A stretch of DNA of 64,000 nucleotides from Mytilus edulis (lineage: Eukaryota), in contig NC_092347.1 in assembly GCF_963676685.1 (NCBI RefSeq), forward strand, positions 95,976,001 to 96,040,000. The letters are read 5' to 3'. Numbering within the stretch: the stretch's first letter is position 1; each line of letters starts with the position of its first letter. The position numbers and the translations under genes were made by a program. The notes below the pieces were generated by a model that worked only from the letters and a program-made list of their open reading frames with translations, ran no database searches and was not told the origin of the DNA. Below are positions 51,731 to 64,000 of this stretch, in pieces.

Positions 51731-52484
51731 TCTATAATACTAAAATAATGGGGGACAATTTGTCAGCTGTCATGGGGTTAAAAAACGACAAATCAAAGAA
51801 TTCAACTTTATATATAGCTAATATAGAACAATGGTGTAGATTAAAAATTACACCACTCCAGACCCTTTTGTTTTTCACATAATTCATATTGGCAATAATT
51901 AAGAAGTTCCAGGTCGAATCTGATACCGATACCAATAGTATATTCACCTGTTACCTATTACCTTATCTGTATGTTCCGCATCTGACAGGCGCACCACCAA
52001 ACGGTGTATTTAGGATTTTGCTATATACACGTGCACGGGTCATAATCACAGGGTTGACACTACTAAATTCAATCCTTGTCAAATTTTCCCCTATTGTATT
52101 ATTTTAATCAGTAAGACTTTCTAGGATAACAATACGAATACTAAAAATCTGGACTTGAAGGTACAGTTTTCAATTTGTTAGTGGGCATGACATTAAACAG
52201 CGAATCAAAGAATTCAACTTTATTTATAACTAATATAGAACAATGCTTTGATTAAAAAATACTCCATTCCAGGACCTTTTGTTTTCCAAATAATTAATAT
52301 TACCATTAATTGATAAGTTCCAGGTCGATGGGTTCAAACAGAAAGATTTGAAAGCAGAGAAAACTGTGTATCTTATAATCGGCATGACTTTATCAGATCA
52401 CAATACTAATACTAAAATAAGGCTTACGCATAGTTATATACTTTAATTCAGTCACAGACCCGCGATATCACAGGTGTGTTCTAG
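51731..52484 (+). mobile_element. Non-autonomous Helitron
   Basis: A|TC 5' end, subterminal hairpin ACCCGCGATATCACAGGT, CTAG|T 3' end, no TSD; internal duplication 51790-51917 vs 52203-52328. Confidence 0.88.
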
Positions 52485-52590
52485 TATAAATAAAGTTCTA
52501 ACGAATTGCTATATATGATGTATATACCATGTTTGGTCATTCCCCATATGTACAATCATTTCAAAAATTGATATTTTTTTCTGATTTCAG

Positions 52591-52662
52591 AAATTTAAGT
52601 AACAACCAAATAACACTAATAGAACCCAATGTATTTGAAGGGCTCCAGAATCTGGAAAAACT
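52591..52662 (+). CDS. ADGRA3: ADGRA-like exon 3 (LRR)
   Basis: 72 bp, TTTCAG|...|GTAAGT; NLSNNQITLIEPNVFEGLQNLEKL. Confidence 0.88.
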
Positions 52663-55000
52663 GTAAGTATCATTGAAAATCTATTAACGTCATATATGTT
52701 TTTTTCTGTCACAGATATTGATACATAGTCATAGGGATAGTGATTCGACAGTGGCGTTATCTAACACTTGAAAGCTTGATATTTCAGAAAGTAAAAACCC
52801 TTTATGCTTCATTCTTTGTATATAGATGCCTTGCGTTATGAAGTTTCCATCTGTCATTTGGTCATTGTCCTTGACCTCATTTTCATAGTTAAGTGACTAC
52901 TTGAGGTGAGTTGTTGAGGTCAGAGCCCAAAGAGACTAACAATAAGAAATTATTGTCCAGGACTGTAGCTATAAACAGTAATTTTTGGAAAAACCTTGTG
53001 CTTTAAAGGATATTTAATTGATCCCTCAAACATCAAATATGTAAACATTCATCATGATGAAGTATTGAATTGATCAACATTACTGATAAATAAAAAAATC
53101 AAATCTGAAAGATTTATTATACAGAGTAATATTTTAAAATATCTCTTTTCATTGTCTATATTCTGTTAAAGTTTGTAAAAATTGTAAATGGGAAAAAAAG
53201 AAGGTGAATAATTTTTTTATTTCATAGGAATCATGGTAATAATACTTGTCATAAATAGATGGAAAAAATTAGGTCGATAAATAAGTTAATACCATAGGTA
53301 AAAATACTACTAGTTATATACCATAGGTAACATGTTAAATCTTATGAGATGATTTCACCGAGCACCCAGGAGAAATGAATAGCTAGTCATCGTGTGGTGT
53401 CCCGTCAATCTGATTAACTTTTATTACAATGACAAATTCCCTTAAAGAAAAATTAAATTGCGTACAAAGTAATCTGTGCCATCTTTATTCACTTTTAAGA
53501 GACAACCTTGTTAGTGAAAGATTTAAATTGAACTGTTGGGTTAAAGTTTTAATAGCGAGGCTCCTGTGTGCTTTGTCATACCACAATCATAATGAACATT
53601 TAATTAACTACTGTTAAAACTACTTTTGAAGAAGTCGTATGGAAAAGCTCCAGAAACAACTTCACACTTGAATAAAAGTATTACTAGGTGTGATTTGGCC
53701 AATTTAAATCTGCTGATAATTTACACTAATAGGTCCAATTTGTTTGTAATTTATTCCCAGTTGTGAGAACAACTGTCATAGTTCAATTGTCAGTGAAGTT
53801 ATTTATTCTCACAAAAACATAGAAGCAAAAAAGGATGGCAAATATAAATGTCAATGGTTTTAACCTTAACCATTTTCTGAAATAACTTCATCACAAATAT
53901 TTACTTTTTCATTACAAATATTTGCTTTTGATCTTTTTACAGTGAAATAGTCATGATTATTAAAATTTACTAAGTTTTTGGGGTATATTGTCACATTACG
54001 AGATTTTATAAGCAAAACTTGAGGATATGGTACAACAAAATGTAGATTACTTGAATATTTATAAAAAAATTATGACGAGTTTCGGTCTTTTTAAAGGTGC
54101 AGTTACTATATTTTGGTAATTTACATATTTTCACAACTGTTTCTTTAAAAGTAAGACAAACTACAACAACAATATCAATACTGTTGAATCTCATTATCTA
54201 AAATTCTTATATCTCAAAACTCCTCTTATCTTACTCATATGTTATTTTTTTGGAAATCTGAAAATGTTATTTTTGATTTTAGTAGCAAATATATCCATTA
54301 TGCTAGATGTGAACATTTTATAGCTGTTAGAATATGTCATTTGTATATATAAAACATGAAGTATCTCTATATTTAATTCTTCCCTCAGAATATTTTGTGT
54401 GTTCATTAGAAGATAAGATGAAGAAGCAGACTGATGGTTATGTTAGCAATTATGAATTAATGAAAAATGAAGTACTCTGAAAAAACTTCTGATCAATTCT
54501 CATCTCTTTAATAAAATCCCTTTGTTATTGGTTCAATGCTGGGGATATATTTGTTGTGCAGTTCTAATTGTAAACAGAGGGAATTCAAATGGCTCGCTAA
54601 TGTCACGCCAGCGTTAATGAGTTGATTGTTTGATAACGTCCTAATTGATTTTTTGAGTGAATTCATCATATTGGGTTCCTTTTAAACAATTGTTCCTATT
54701 GATATAAAAAGTATTTGTACAAAAGCAACCAGAAGAGTTTAAATAGCAACATTGAAGAGGCCCTAGGAGGGATAAGTCTTTATAAAAAAAATATTTGTCA
54801 AGGACATACAGGTGCTTGGAAAGATTATGGCATAATTCATCATAACATAAAAAATAAGTGTTTTAGAGTTATAATAAACATGATATAGAATACTTTGAAT
54901 TTATCAAATTTAGAAATAAGTAAGATAAAACATTACAATTGCAGACAAATGATACTGTAATTTATTCATGATGATGTGGGGGCACTCGAATTAATTACTA

Positions 55001-55031
<31 letters not shown>

Positions 55032-55274
55032 TCATACTGACAATCCAAAGGAGGAACGTTTACTGGTTTGCCTCTGTCTGTTTGTCAATTTGTCTGTCAG
55101 TCTGTTCATCCTATTAAATGTTATTGCATTTTCTTTCAAAGGGAAATCATATGTTCAAGAAATTTTATATAAAGCTTCAACCAACAAAATCGTACAACTT
55201 TTATTCAAACCATTTAGATAAGATGAGCAAGCATGTTTGTATTATATATATATATATGTACAATGTATTTTCAG

Positions 55275-55346
55275 GGACATGTCTAACAACAAGATTGGAA
55301 GTATCAACAGTTCTATATTTACAGGATTACCAAAATTACAGAAATT
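55275..55346 (+). CDS. ADGRA3: ADGRA-like exon 4 (LRR)
   Basis: 72 bp, TTTCAG|...|GTAAGT; DMSNNKIGSINSSIFTGLPKLQKL. Confidence 0.88.
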
Positions 55347-55420
55347 GTAAGTTCTATTTGACCTCAAGGTTTTAACAATGAAATAAAATGTGAAATTTCT
55401 GTTAATATATATATATAAAT

Positions 55421-55558
55421 ACCCTAGGTGGTTGTGTGGTCTAGTTCGTCGGGCACAGTGCAACACAATTTGGTTCCAAGATATCTTAGTATCATGGTCA
55501 GGGAAGAACAAAAAATAGTTTGCTTAAGCAAATTCACAAATCTAACATTGTTGGGCTG
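55421..55558 (+). mobile_element. Diverged copy of the tRNA-derived repeat
   Basis: CCCTAGGTGGTTGTGTGGTCTAG..CAGTGCA..GGGAAGAAC..TCTAACATTGTTGGG matches the minus-strand head at 32760; preceded by a TA run. Confidence 0.7.
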
Positions 55559-55701
55559 TTATATAGATGAACAGCTATAAAAGCCCTGAAATGACAATAA
55601 AACAAGTCCATTTATTGTAATTATATCATGGCAATCTTAGCTATATTATCATAAATAAAGGAAGAAGTTCGATATATTGTAATGAGACAGTAACCTAACA
55701 A

Positions 55702-56281
55702 CAACAATAATAACCAAAAGATAGCCTTTTATGGGCAACATTTATATATTCATCAACAATAATAACCAAAAGATAGCCTTTTATGGGCAACATTTATATA
55801 TTCATCAACAATAATAACCAAAAGATAGCCTTTTATGGGCAACATTTATATATTCATCAACAATAATAACCAAAAGATAGCCTTTTATGGGCAACATTAA
55901 TATATTCATCAACAATAATAACCAAAAGATAGCCTTTTATGGGCAATATTTATATATTCATCAACAATAATAACCAAAAGATAGCCTTTTATGGGCAACA
56001 TTTATATATTTCATCAACAATGATAACCAAAAGATAGCCTTTTATGGGCAACATTTATATATTCATCAACAATAATAACCAAAAGATAGCCTTTTATGGG
56101 CAACATTTATATATTCATCAACAATAATAACCAAAAGATAGCCTTTTATGGGCAACATTTATATATTCATCAACAATTATAACCAAAAGATAGCCTTTTA
56201 TGGGCAACATTTATATATTTATCAACAACAATAACCAAAAGATAGCCTTTTATGGGCAACATTTATATATTCATCAACAAT
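55702..56281. repeat. 52-bp tandem repeat, about 11 copies, intronic
   Basis: Unit CAACAATAATAACCAAAAGATAGCCTTTTATGGGCAACATTTATATATTCAT. Confidence 0.96.
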
Positions 56282-56857
56282 AGTCAGGTGTTGCATAACA
56301 TGAAGTAAAATTATAACAAAAGTTTGGAATAATAATAAAAAGAATGATAGAAATGTTTGCCTTTGTTTTTATATTGATCAACGTGTAAGAACACACAAGA
56401 AGACATAATGAATTATAATGATGACTTATACCTGTCAACTACATGCTTATACCTGTCAACTACCTGCAGATACATTACAGGGAGAGTCACTTCTCAAAAG
56501 AATGTTTAACCTCCATGTATACTTTATGTACTAGTCTATAACAAGGACTCAAGGAGGTTAAGTCTTTTGATGTCAAATTGTTCTTTTTCTGGCTAAATAG
56601 CTATGTGGAAGACTTTATTTTGAATATTTTGTATTGATGGTTAAATTTCTTTTCAAATGCACCAGCATAACCAACCAGGACACAGCCATTTAATCTATTT
56701 ACACAGAAATATAGTTCCCATTGCTTTTCATGTCTTTGTAAATATGCACAAATCAAGTGGGCAAAATGAATAAGAAGTAACTTTTAGAGCAGGTATTTTT
56801 TTTTCATGTGTGTATTTCATTGATATAGCTTTGTCAATTTGTTGGTTAGTTTGGGAA

Positions 56858-57159
56858 TTTTTATACCCCATCTAAGAATAGAGGGGCATTATGTTTTCTG
56901 GTCTGTGCATCTATTTGTCCGTTCATTCGTTCGTCTGTTTGTTGGTTCGTCCTTCTGTCCTGCTTCAGGTTAAAGTTTTGGTTGAGGTAGTTTTTTTTTA
57001 AGTTGAAGTCCAATCAAATTGAAACTTAGTACACATGTTCCCTATGATATGATCTTTCTAATTTTAATGCCAAATTAGGGTTATGACCCCAATTATACTG
57101 AACATAGAAAATGATAGTGCGAGTGGGGCATCCATGTACTGTCGACACATTCTTGTTTT
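56858..57159 (+). mobile_element. Short Helentron-type (HINE-like) element
   Basis: T-run start, IR CCCC..GGGG, (GTTC/GTCC)-type microsatellite, 3' GGGGCATCC..GACACATTCTTGTTT resembling the end at about 20030. Confidence 0.65.
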
Positions 57160-58761
57160 ATTTCAAATAAAGTAGTAGTTCTGTCACATTACCTGTACGA
57201 TCAGTACCAGTAAACAGTTAAACACAAAGATGGAGTTTTAGTTAGAATCCTCCATTTTTAATGCAAATCTCAACATAATGGTAAAATGCAAATAGCTGTC
57301 TTAAAAGCCATAAAAAGAAATTTGCAGAACAAGCATGGTATGATTATCAAAATCTAAATTACTTCCAAGTTTCCTCAATATTATCAGATGATTCCCAATA
57401 TGAGAGTTATTGTCCTTAAATAAACAATATTGTTATATTATGTAAGCAAATATCTTTAAATTCATGAACTTATAAAGATAGACAGAAAATATTTACATAA
57501 TAGAGTAATCAGCAAGCTAAGATCAACTACTGGTTGTCTAAATCTGAATAAGCTGTAATTTATACACCACAGTTTCTATTCAATTAAAATTGAGAATGGA
57601 AATGGGGAATGTGCCAAAGAGACAACAACCCGACCATAGAAAAAAACAACAGCAGAATTAGAATGTTTAAGACAACTCTTTTTTTTTTTTTTTTTTTTTT
57701 TCCTTTAATAATATCTTTATTGCATTTTTCTTTGCTGTTATGACAAATTACTCGACCTACAGCAGTTGGATGAGTATCCCTGTGAATTAGTCACTGGATA
57801 ATCGGGGAATTTATTCAGTGAATTAATATTTATAGATAGCTTGTTAGTTTTACAATTCATAGTAATTACATACAACTGATCCAATAATTTGTGTAGAAAA
57901 CTGGAATATTTACCATAGCATATACTCCCACCTCAAAGTGGGTGTGGAAATTTTAATAATTTTCTGAAAGTAAAATATGCAAAAGGGTAATAATCCTTAC
58001 TGAGATTGCAAAATTATAATCTCAATTATGGAAAGTAAAAAACACATCAGAAGGCGCCTTTTGCCTTAAAGTCATATATTTTACAATTATCAAACAGAGA
58101 CATATTAACCCATTAGTGTTAAAAGAATTCTATCAAATATTTATGGCACCTTTCAGCACTAATTGGAAAATACTAACTTTGCAGAATCTCTCACTTTTAC
58201 ACAGTTTCTGAGTATGATTCAGTTTTCTGTAATGTTATTATCAATCAAAGGAAATAGCTTTGTGTACCAGAAAATGAATCGTTAGCTGTTAACCCTTCAA
58301 ATTATAAAGTTTGTTTATTTCCTGACTAGAAAGGTACATACAGATAGATATGCTGGGAACCTGTCTTCTCTTCTTGTAACAATCTTACAATGGTGGTTTG
58401 ATAGTGTTATGTTATTATTGTACATTTAAATTGGTTTCCATTAAATAGCTAAATTTGCTTTAGTCGAAAAATCATTATAAAATTAATTTTGGCAAGAATG
58501 GAAGATAGGATTGAAAACCAAAAAGTGGAAGATTCTTTTTTCAAACACTGATCCAAAGAGGTAAAAAGTTTTTATTTTTTTTTATTTTAGATGATAATAC
58601 ATGTAATAAGACTCATGTTTCCTATATAAAAAAGGGTAAATACCTTTGTTTTTACTAATTCTTCATGGGAGATTTTATGAAGAAGAAGAAAATGGTATTA
58701 TAAACATATTTTATTCCAAAATTGTAGATACAAAGTCTTAACTAACTTTTATATTTTTTAG

Positions 58762-58833
58762 GATTCTCTCTTCCAACAAGTTCAACACTATACCAGAGGG
58801 AACCTTTAATCCATTGATTTCTCTCAGGAAAAT
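58762..58833 (+). CDS. ADGRA3: ADGRA-like exon 5 (LRR)
   Basis: 72 bp, TTTTAG|...|GTAAGT; ILSSNKFNTIPEGTFNPLISLRKI. Confidence 0.88.
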
Positions 58834-60346
58834 GTAAGTGTGTTGTCAGGTTGCTCAGTCTAGTGGTTGTTTGTCTGCAAAACTCTACTGTAGGATAAAA
58901 TAAAAACTTCATAGTGAGAGCATTTGTGTAAAAATTAAAAAAAATTACATGTTACCAGATAATCACGCCGAAACTATGCTTCGATTGTTCCAGTTTTAAG
59001 GTTAATCGAAAAGACAGAAAAAAATTACTTTAGGCACATGAGAAAATGAGGTCTTATTAGAATTCAAGACACTAAATTTTAATGGTTTTGACAAGTGTTG
59101 TTTTATAAACAAACGCTGTTTTCAGCAGGTGCATAAATATCTTTTACCTTTATAAAACACTGCTCAGAAGTTTCATTGGCAATAAAAACCTGTTTAATTA
59201 AACTGTGTTTAGATCAAACAAAAGACTGTTTATGTCTCTGCAGATGTTTAAATATATTCAAAAGTCTATGGTAGCATCAATACACATCTTATTTTGTAAT
59301 GCTTTGAATGTGAAGGATAAAAGATTAGTATATTGAAAATGCATCAATAAAATTTCCAATTGTAATTTCATGTATATTGCTTCTTTATTGAGACAATATG
59401 AAATAAAGTCACACATAAAATAAATAACTAGAATCACCAAAAATATTAGACATTGCAATAGATCACACCAACTATCAGACTCCTATATGTGTATGGATTG
59501 TCAGGTTTTCTTCACATTGATATGGTAAAATCTCAAATCAAAGCTGTTATATATGAATAACAGAGCACTGAGGGTCTAACATAGGCGTATGGAAGCATGA
59601 TAAGATATAAATAACACATCCTAAAGCTGTATTAATTTTGAGGTATATTATATTTTATACACATCCTAAAGCAGTATTAATTTTGAGGAATATTATATTT
59701 TATATGGACTTCATTATTCTATAAGAGCTCATGGTTTTTCATTAAAACAAAAAATCTTATTACAATAAAAGATGATTGAAGAAAAATGACACTCTATCAG
59801 TATGAAAGTACTTTTCCTCTGAATTGAGATCTAGATTTACCCATAATTAGAATTATGATAGAAATGACAACAGACGATATCTGTTCAAAGAATCCGATGC
59901 TTTATACCAGAAATGCAATATGTCTGTAAAAATTTGTGAAAATCTTTATCTATTTGGTTTTCAATTTGTTCTGATATGTAAGATGATTAATTGCTACAGA
60001 AATAAACATCTGGAGTTATTACAAATAGGAAGCTATATTCTTTTCTCTGATTGATCTCCGTTTGTCATTTTGAAACTTGTATCATAAATTTGTTTATCAT
60101 CTGTCAAAATTGAAATAAGAAACGATTAAAGTTACATCAAACAAGTAGAAAAGAGATTGGCAGTGAAGCAGGGATTTGTCAGAGAATATGCCTGCTGGAT
60201 TTATTCCAGAATCTCTACATTTATATCTTGTCATCAATTGAACTGATTTCTATAGTTATTCCAGAGTTTCTAATGCAAAAGTTGTGGTCTACAATATTAT
60301 TAGACTCTGACTACTATATGATGTACAAATTCAAAGTCGGTCCTAA

Positions 60347-60660
60347 ATAGATATAAGAATATGTGGTATGAGTGCCAATGAGACATCTCTCTATCCAAGT
60401 CACAGTATAAAAAGTATGGTCTCCAATGCGGAGCCTTAGCTCACAGTGACCTGTAAGCTATAAAGAGCCCAAAAATTACTAGTTCAAAACAATTCAAACA
60501 AGAAAATGTTTATTTTCAGTCCTGAGAATCTACCCAAACACTAAATATAAAACAGAAGATGTGGTATGATTGCCAATGAGACAACTCTTCACAAAAGACC
60601 AAAAGACACAGACATAAGAAATTTAGGTCACTGTACGTCCTTCAACAATGAGCAAAGCCT
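60347..60660 (-). mobile_element. Two adjacent fragments of the dispersed repeat superfamily
   Basis: ATGTGGTATGA.TGCCAATGAGACA at about 60361 and 60559. Confidence 0.7.
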
Positions 60661-62080
60661 AATCTTAGAAATGTATATGTGTTAGATATGTAAACATCAG
60701 ATGAGCAAATTGATCATGAACCACAGATTACTTGGGTAGTTGGATGGATGCAATTTATAAAACAAGTTCATAATCAAAATTAAAAATCTTTAAAAGCGTC
60801 CTTATGTGATGAAAATGATACTTCCAAGACTAATCTCAATTTATTGTGTATATATTAAGACTACCTACTATAACATGAGTTACCCATGGATGAGCAATAC
60901 TGATAAAACAGGGATGTACATTCCATCAATATCATAAACCTCATTTTTATGGATTATTTTTTCTGAAGTGGGGAAAATAATAACTTTAAAAAGCAGATGT
61001 TTATGTTATACTAATATACATGAATATTTTTGATAAAAAATCTCTATAGATAGACCATTAAATAGTTTTTAAAGATACAAGGGGATATAATGGGAAAGAA
61101 TCTTTTCAAGGTTCTTAGAAGATAGCATTTCAAATGATTTTTCAGATCGTGGCAATCAGTAATGAGCTGTAATGTTTGTAAACTTTTTTTTTCTATTTGA
61201 AAACATATCTATTGAAATAATTTGAGTTTTTCTTAATTTTGCTTGTTTTGAGAAATGTTCAGAGTGGAATAAACAATCTGAATACGAAAAAATATCTTAT
61301 CTTTCATTTTAATTTTGTTATATCCTTCATACTTTGAGTCCCTCAATAATATTGACCTGTTAATTTCAAAAACCTACAAACGCAGATTCAATCATCTTCT
61401 GCAATCTGGCATTCTGCAGTATAAAGTAATTTTTATATAGCACATTTTTGATAAGACGACAAGAGTTGTATGTAACAACATGCAGATTCCTGGGAAGGTG
61501 TTATAATTTGTTGATTTATCACTGTTTATATTATTCAGTACAAAACACTTATAGCAAACACATATTCAAGAAAGAGAGGCAAGGGGAGATAAGCAGTAGA
61601 AGAGAAAAGTGTAAGGGAAGCATTGTCATTGCTCAAGCTATAACAGATAACAATTTCATTGTTTTGGATTTTTTGTATAGCCTGGCCATGGACAGAGTTT
61701 AAAAGCAATACTTATGTATGCTTTTATCAGCAGTACACAGCCAATGATTTGTTAAAAATTGTGATTAGTATTATAAAATTTTATAATAACATCTTTTTGA
61801 TGGTCACAGCATTGTCTCAGATACAGATCAGATAGTGTAGAAATGGTGTATAAATTCAATTCACATAAACCCTACACACACTCAACAAAACCACATATAT
61901 ATAACCAAAGGCGAAATTGTCCTATCAAGTCAAAATGAAGACCTCAACATCATTTGTTTGAGCTGAATTATTTGTTTTATGCCTTTAAACTTCATAGAAA
62001 CATGTGACTGTGACAGAGTCTGTTTATCACAATATTATATTAGATAATATGTAGTAAACTGATGTATTTATATTTTACAG

Positions 62081-62244
62081 AGAATTTATATCAGATTACT
62101 TGAGATGTGACTGTCACCTTCAATGGATTGTAAAATGGTCTCGTGAGAAAAATGTAAAGATTCAGTCCTCTACAACATGTGCTGTCCCTAGTGAACTGAA
62201 ATCTAGACCACTGAGGAAGTTAAAGGCTGAGGATCTACATTGTA
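62081..62244 (+). CDS. ADGRA3: ADGRA-like exon 6 (LRRCT); gene continues beyond the window
   Basis: 164 bp, TTACAG|...|GTAAGA, phase 2-1; EFISDYLRCDCHLQWIVKWSREKNVKIQSSTTCAVPSELKSRPLRKLKAEDLHC. The atypical LRRCT start (EF..xYL.CDC rather than NPW.CDC) is characteristic of ADGRA2/3. Confidence 0.88.
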
Positions 62245-62338
62245 GTAAGATATTATAGTTATTGTTTTAAATCTAGACCACTGAGGAAGTTAAAGGCCGA
62301 GGATCTACATTGTAGTAAGATATTATAGTTATTGTTTT
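62199..62338 (+). repeat. 70-bp tandem duplication spanning the exon 6 splice donor
   Basis: 62199-62268 is repeated at 62269-62338 with one substitution. Confidence 0.95.
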
Positions 62339-64000
62339 ATATATGGCATATTGGTGATGGATATCAGAAATTAAACAAAGTGTGTGTGGGAGGGAAAGGA
62401 AGAAGAGAATGCTCTTCACATCTGCATATTTTATTTTTGAATAACAAAGTATATGTAGATAACATTGAGTTTGTTTCTTTTTTATCTTTGATTACCCTTC
62501 TCAAAACAATGGTTCTGTTTTATATTAACTGTGTATGTTTTGATGTTTCTGAGAACTTGATTTGAGGAATTAGAACTATATCATCAAATTTATTGTATAT
62601 TTTCTGATTCACTGTTATGACAGCAGGTAACTCTTGATAATGTCATTAAAAGATCAATATATTTGTTGATTCACAGAAATAAACAACAATATATCACCTT
62701 TAAACAATCATTCAAAAATCATTCTGATTTAATAATATGACATATATATATTTTTTGTTCAACATCTGTTCACTCACATTTATTGATTTTTCTTTTACTA
62801 AAACTATGGAAAAACCTTGAGTTTTGAATTTAAAGTCACAGATGATATGGATGTAATGGTCAAATCTATATTCAACCTTATGGAAGCTATTAAGTGTGCA
62901 TATGCTTATATTTGGTTTGGATGTATGTCACATAAGAAAATTTATATCACACCTACATGTATTATTTGACCAAAAAAGGGGAAGAGTTTGATATAAAGCA
63001 GTCAGTTCAGGATGGTCACAGTGTCATTAATTGAAATTTTGTGTTGATTTTTGGGGGAAAAAATAGGTTAACCATAAAAAAGGTATTATATCAGTCAACG
63101 TCTGTTTTTTAAGGGTGAAAGGAAAGTTAAAAAAAAATCTTGTGAGTTCCATATGGATTTGCAATATTTATGATTGAAAAGAAATGAGGTTTTTGATTAA
63201 ATATGAAATAGTTTATATGAAGAACAAGATAAAAGATGGAACATATGATTATTCAAGCTGTGATCGAGATATAAACCTAATGAGGTGGAAAATTCTTCTA
63301 ACAGGCTTACAACAGGAAAAAACAACTGTTCAAAACATTAAAAAAATCTGTGTTTAGTCTTAAGGAAAAATCATTCAATCAATTGACCTTAGCAAAGGTG
63401 AACTGTAGCAGGTGGGTTCACGGATGATGATAAGTCTCCACAGGTTGGGCTCAGCAAAAATTGTTTCCCCAACTTCTAAAGGGTTTTTCATGATGTATCC
63501 TTTATTTTTCCTCCTCCCTTACAATTTTGTAGAGTTTGGGACTTTTTCAAAACCAGAAGGGATTGAGAATATTTGTTACAATTACAAATCTTTAAGACTG
63601 AATTAATGCATGCCTTTTGGTTGTTTCTCTTTAATTTTTACGGGAAAAGTTAACAGAAAGAAAGAAAAAGGAGTTGTGTAATGAAATTTTTGTTAGTATT
63701 GTACCAGAGATTTAGAGGTCTTTGTGTTGTATAGACACCTGTAAAGACTATATATGTTGACCTTAAGATCACTAGATGCATTTAACTTTGATATATCTTG
63801 TGGAAAAGCTATGCCTAAAAGGAAACTTTACCAACTGCACATGTTTGTCTGTTCTCTAACTTTCTAGGTTTAAACACACTCAATTTTTGTCCACTTAATA
63901 TTGTTTTTTTTCATTTTTAGCAGAGATGATAATAAGTCTCTAGCTATTCTGTGGCAAGCATGTGTAATACCCATACTATAGGTCACTGTATGGCCTTCAA

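Overview
AT-rich, repeat-dense eukaryotic genomic DNA. The repeat families and gene content suggest a bivalve, most likely a mytilid mussel (inference). Two host genes are supportable. The first is an intronless 570-aa C2H2 zinc-finger ORF with 8 fingers (20475-22187, +). The second is the first six coding exons of an ADGRA-type (GPR124/GPR125-like) adhesion GPCR (36824-62244, +): signal peptide, LRRNT, four 72-bp LRR exons and LRRCT, with a CRE/YY1 promoter candidate near 36255; the gene continues past the window end. The rest is tandem arrays (47, 42, 30, 117 and 52 bp units) and transposon debris: LINE and Penelope-like RT relics, a long-TIR Mutator derivative, hAT5-, Harbinger-, Kolobok- and Tc1-like MITEs, a canonical Helitron, Helentron-type elements, tRNA-derived repeats and decayed hammerhead-ribozyme (retrozyme-like) monomers. 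The most striking signal is two identical 34-bp perfect palindromes (17+17 bp, CAAGG termini), each with its own 7-bp target-site duplication, 3.3 kb apart. This is the geometry expected of P-element-superfamily excision footprints, or of an ultra-minimal mobile palindrome. Most ORFs in the supplied track are artefacts of repeats.
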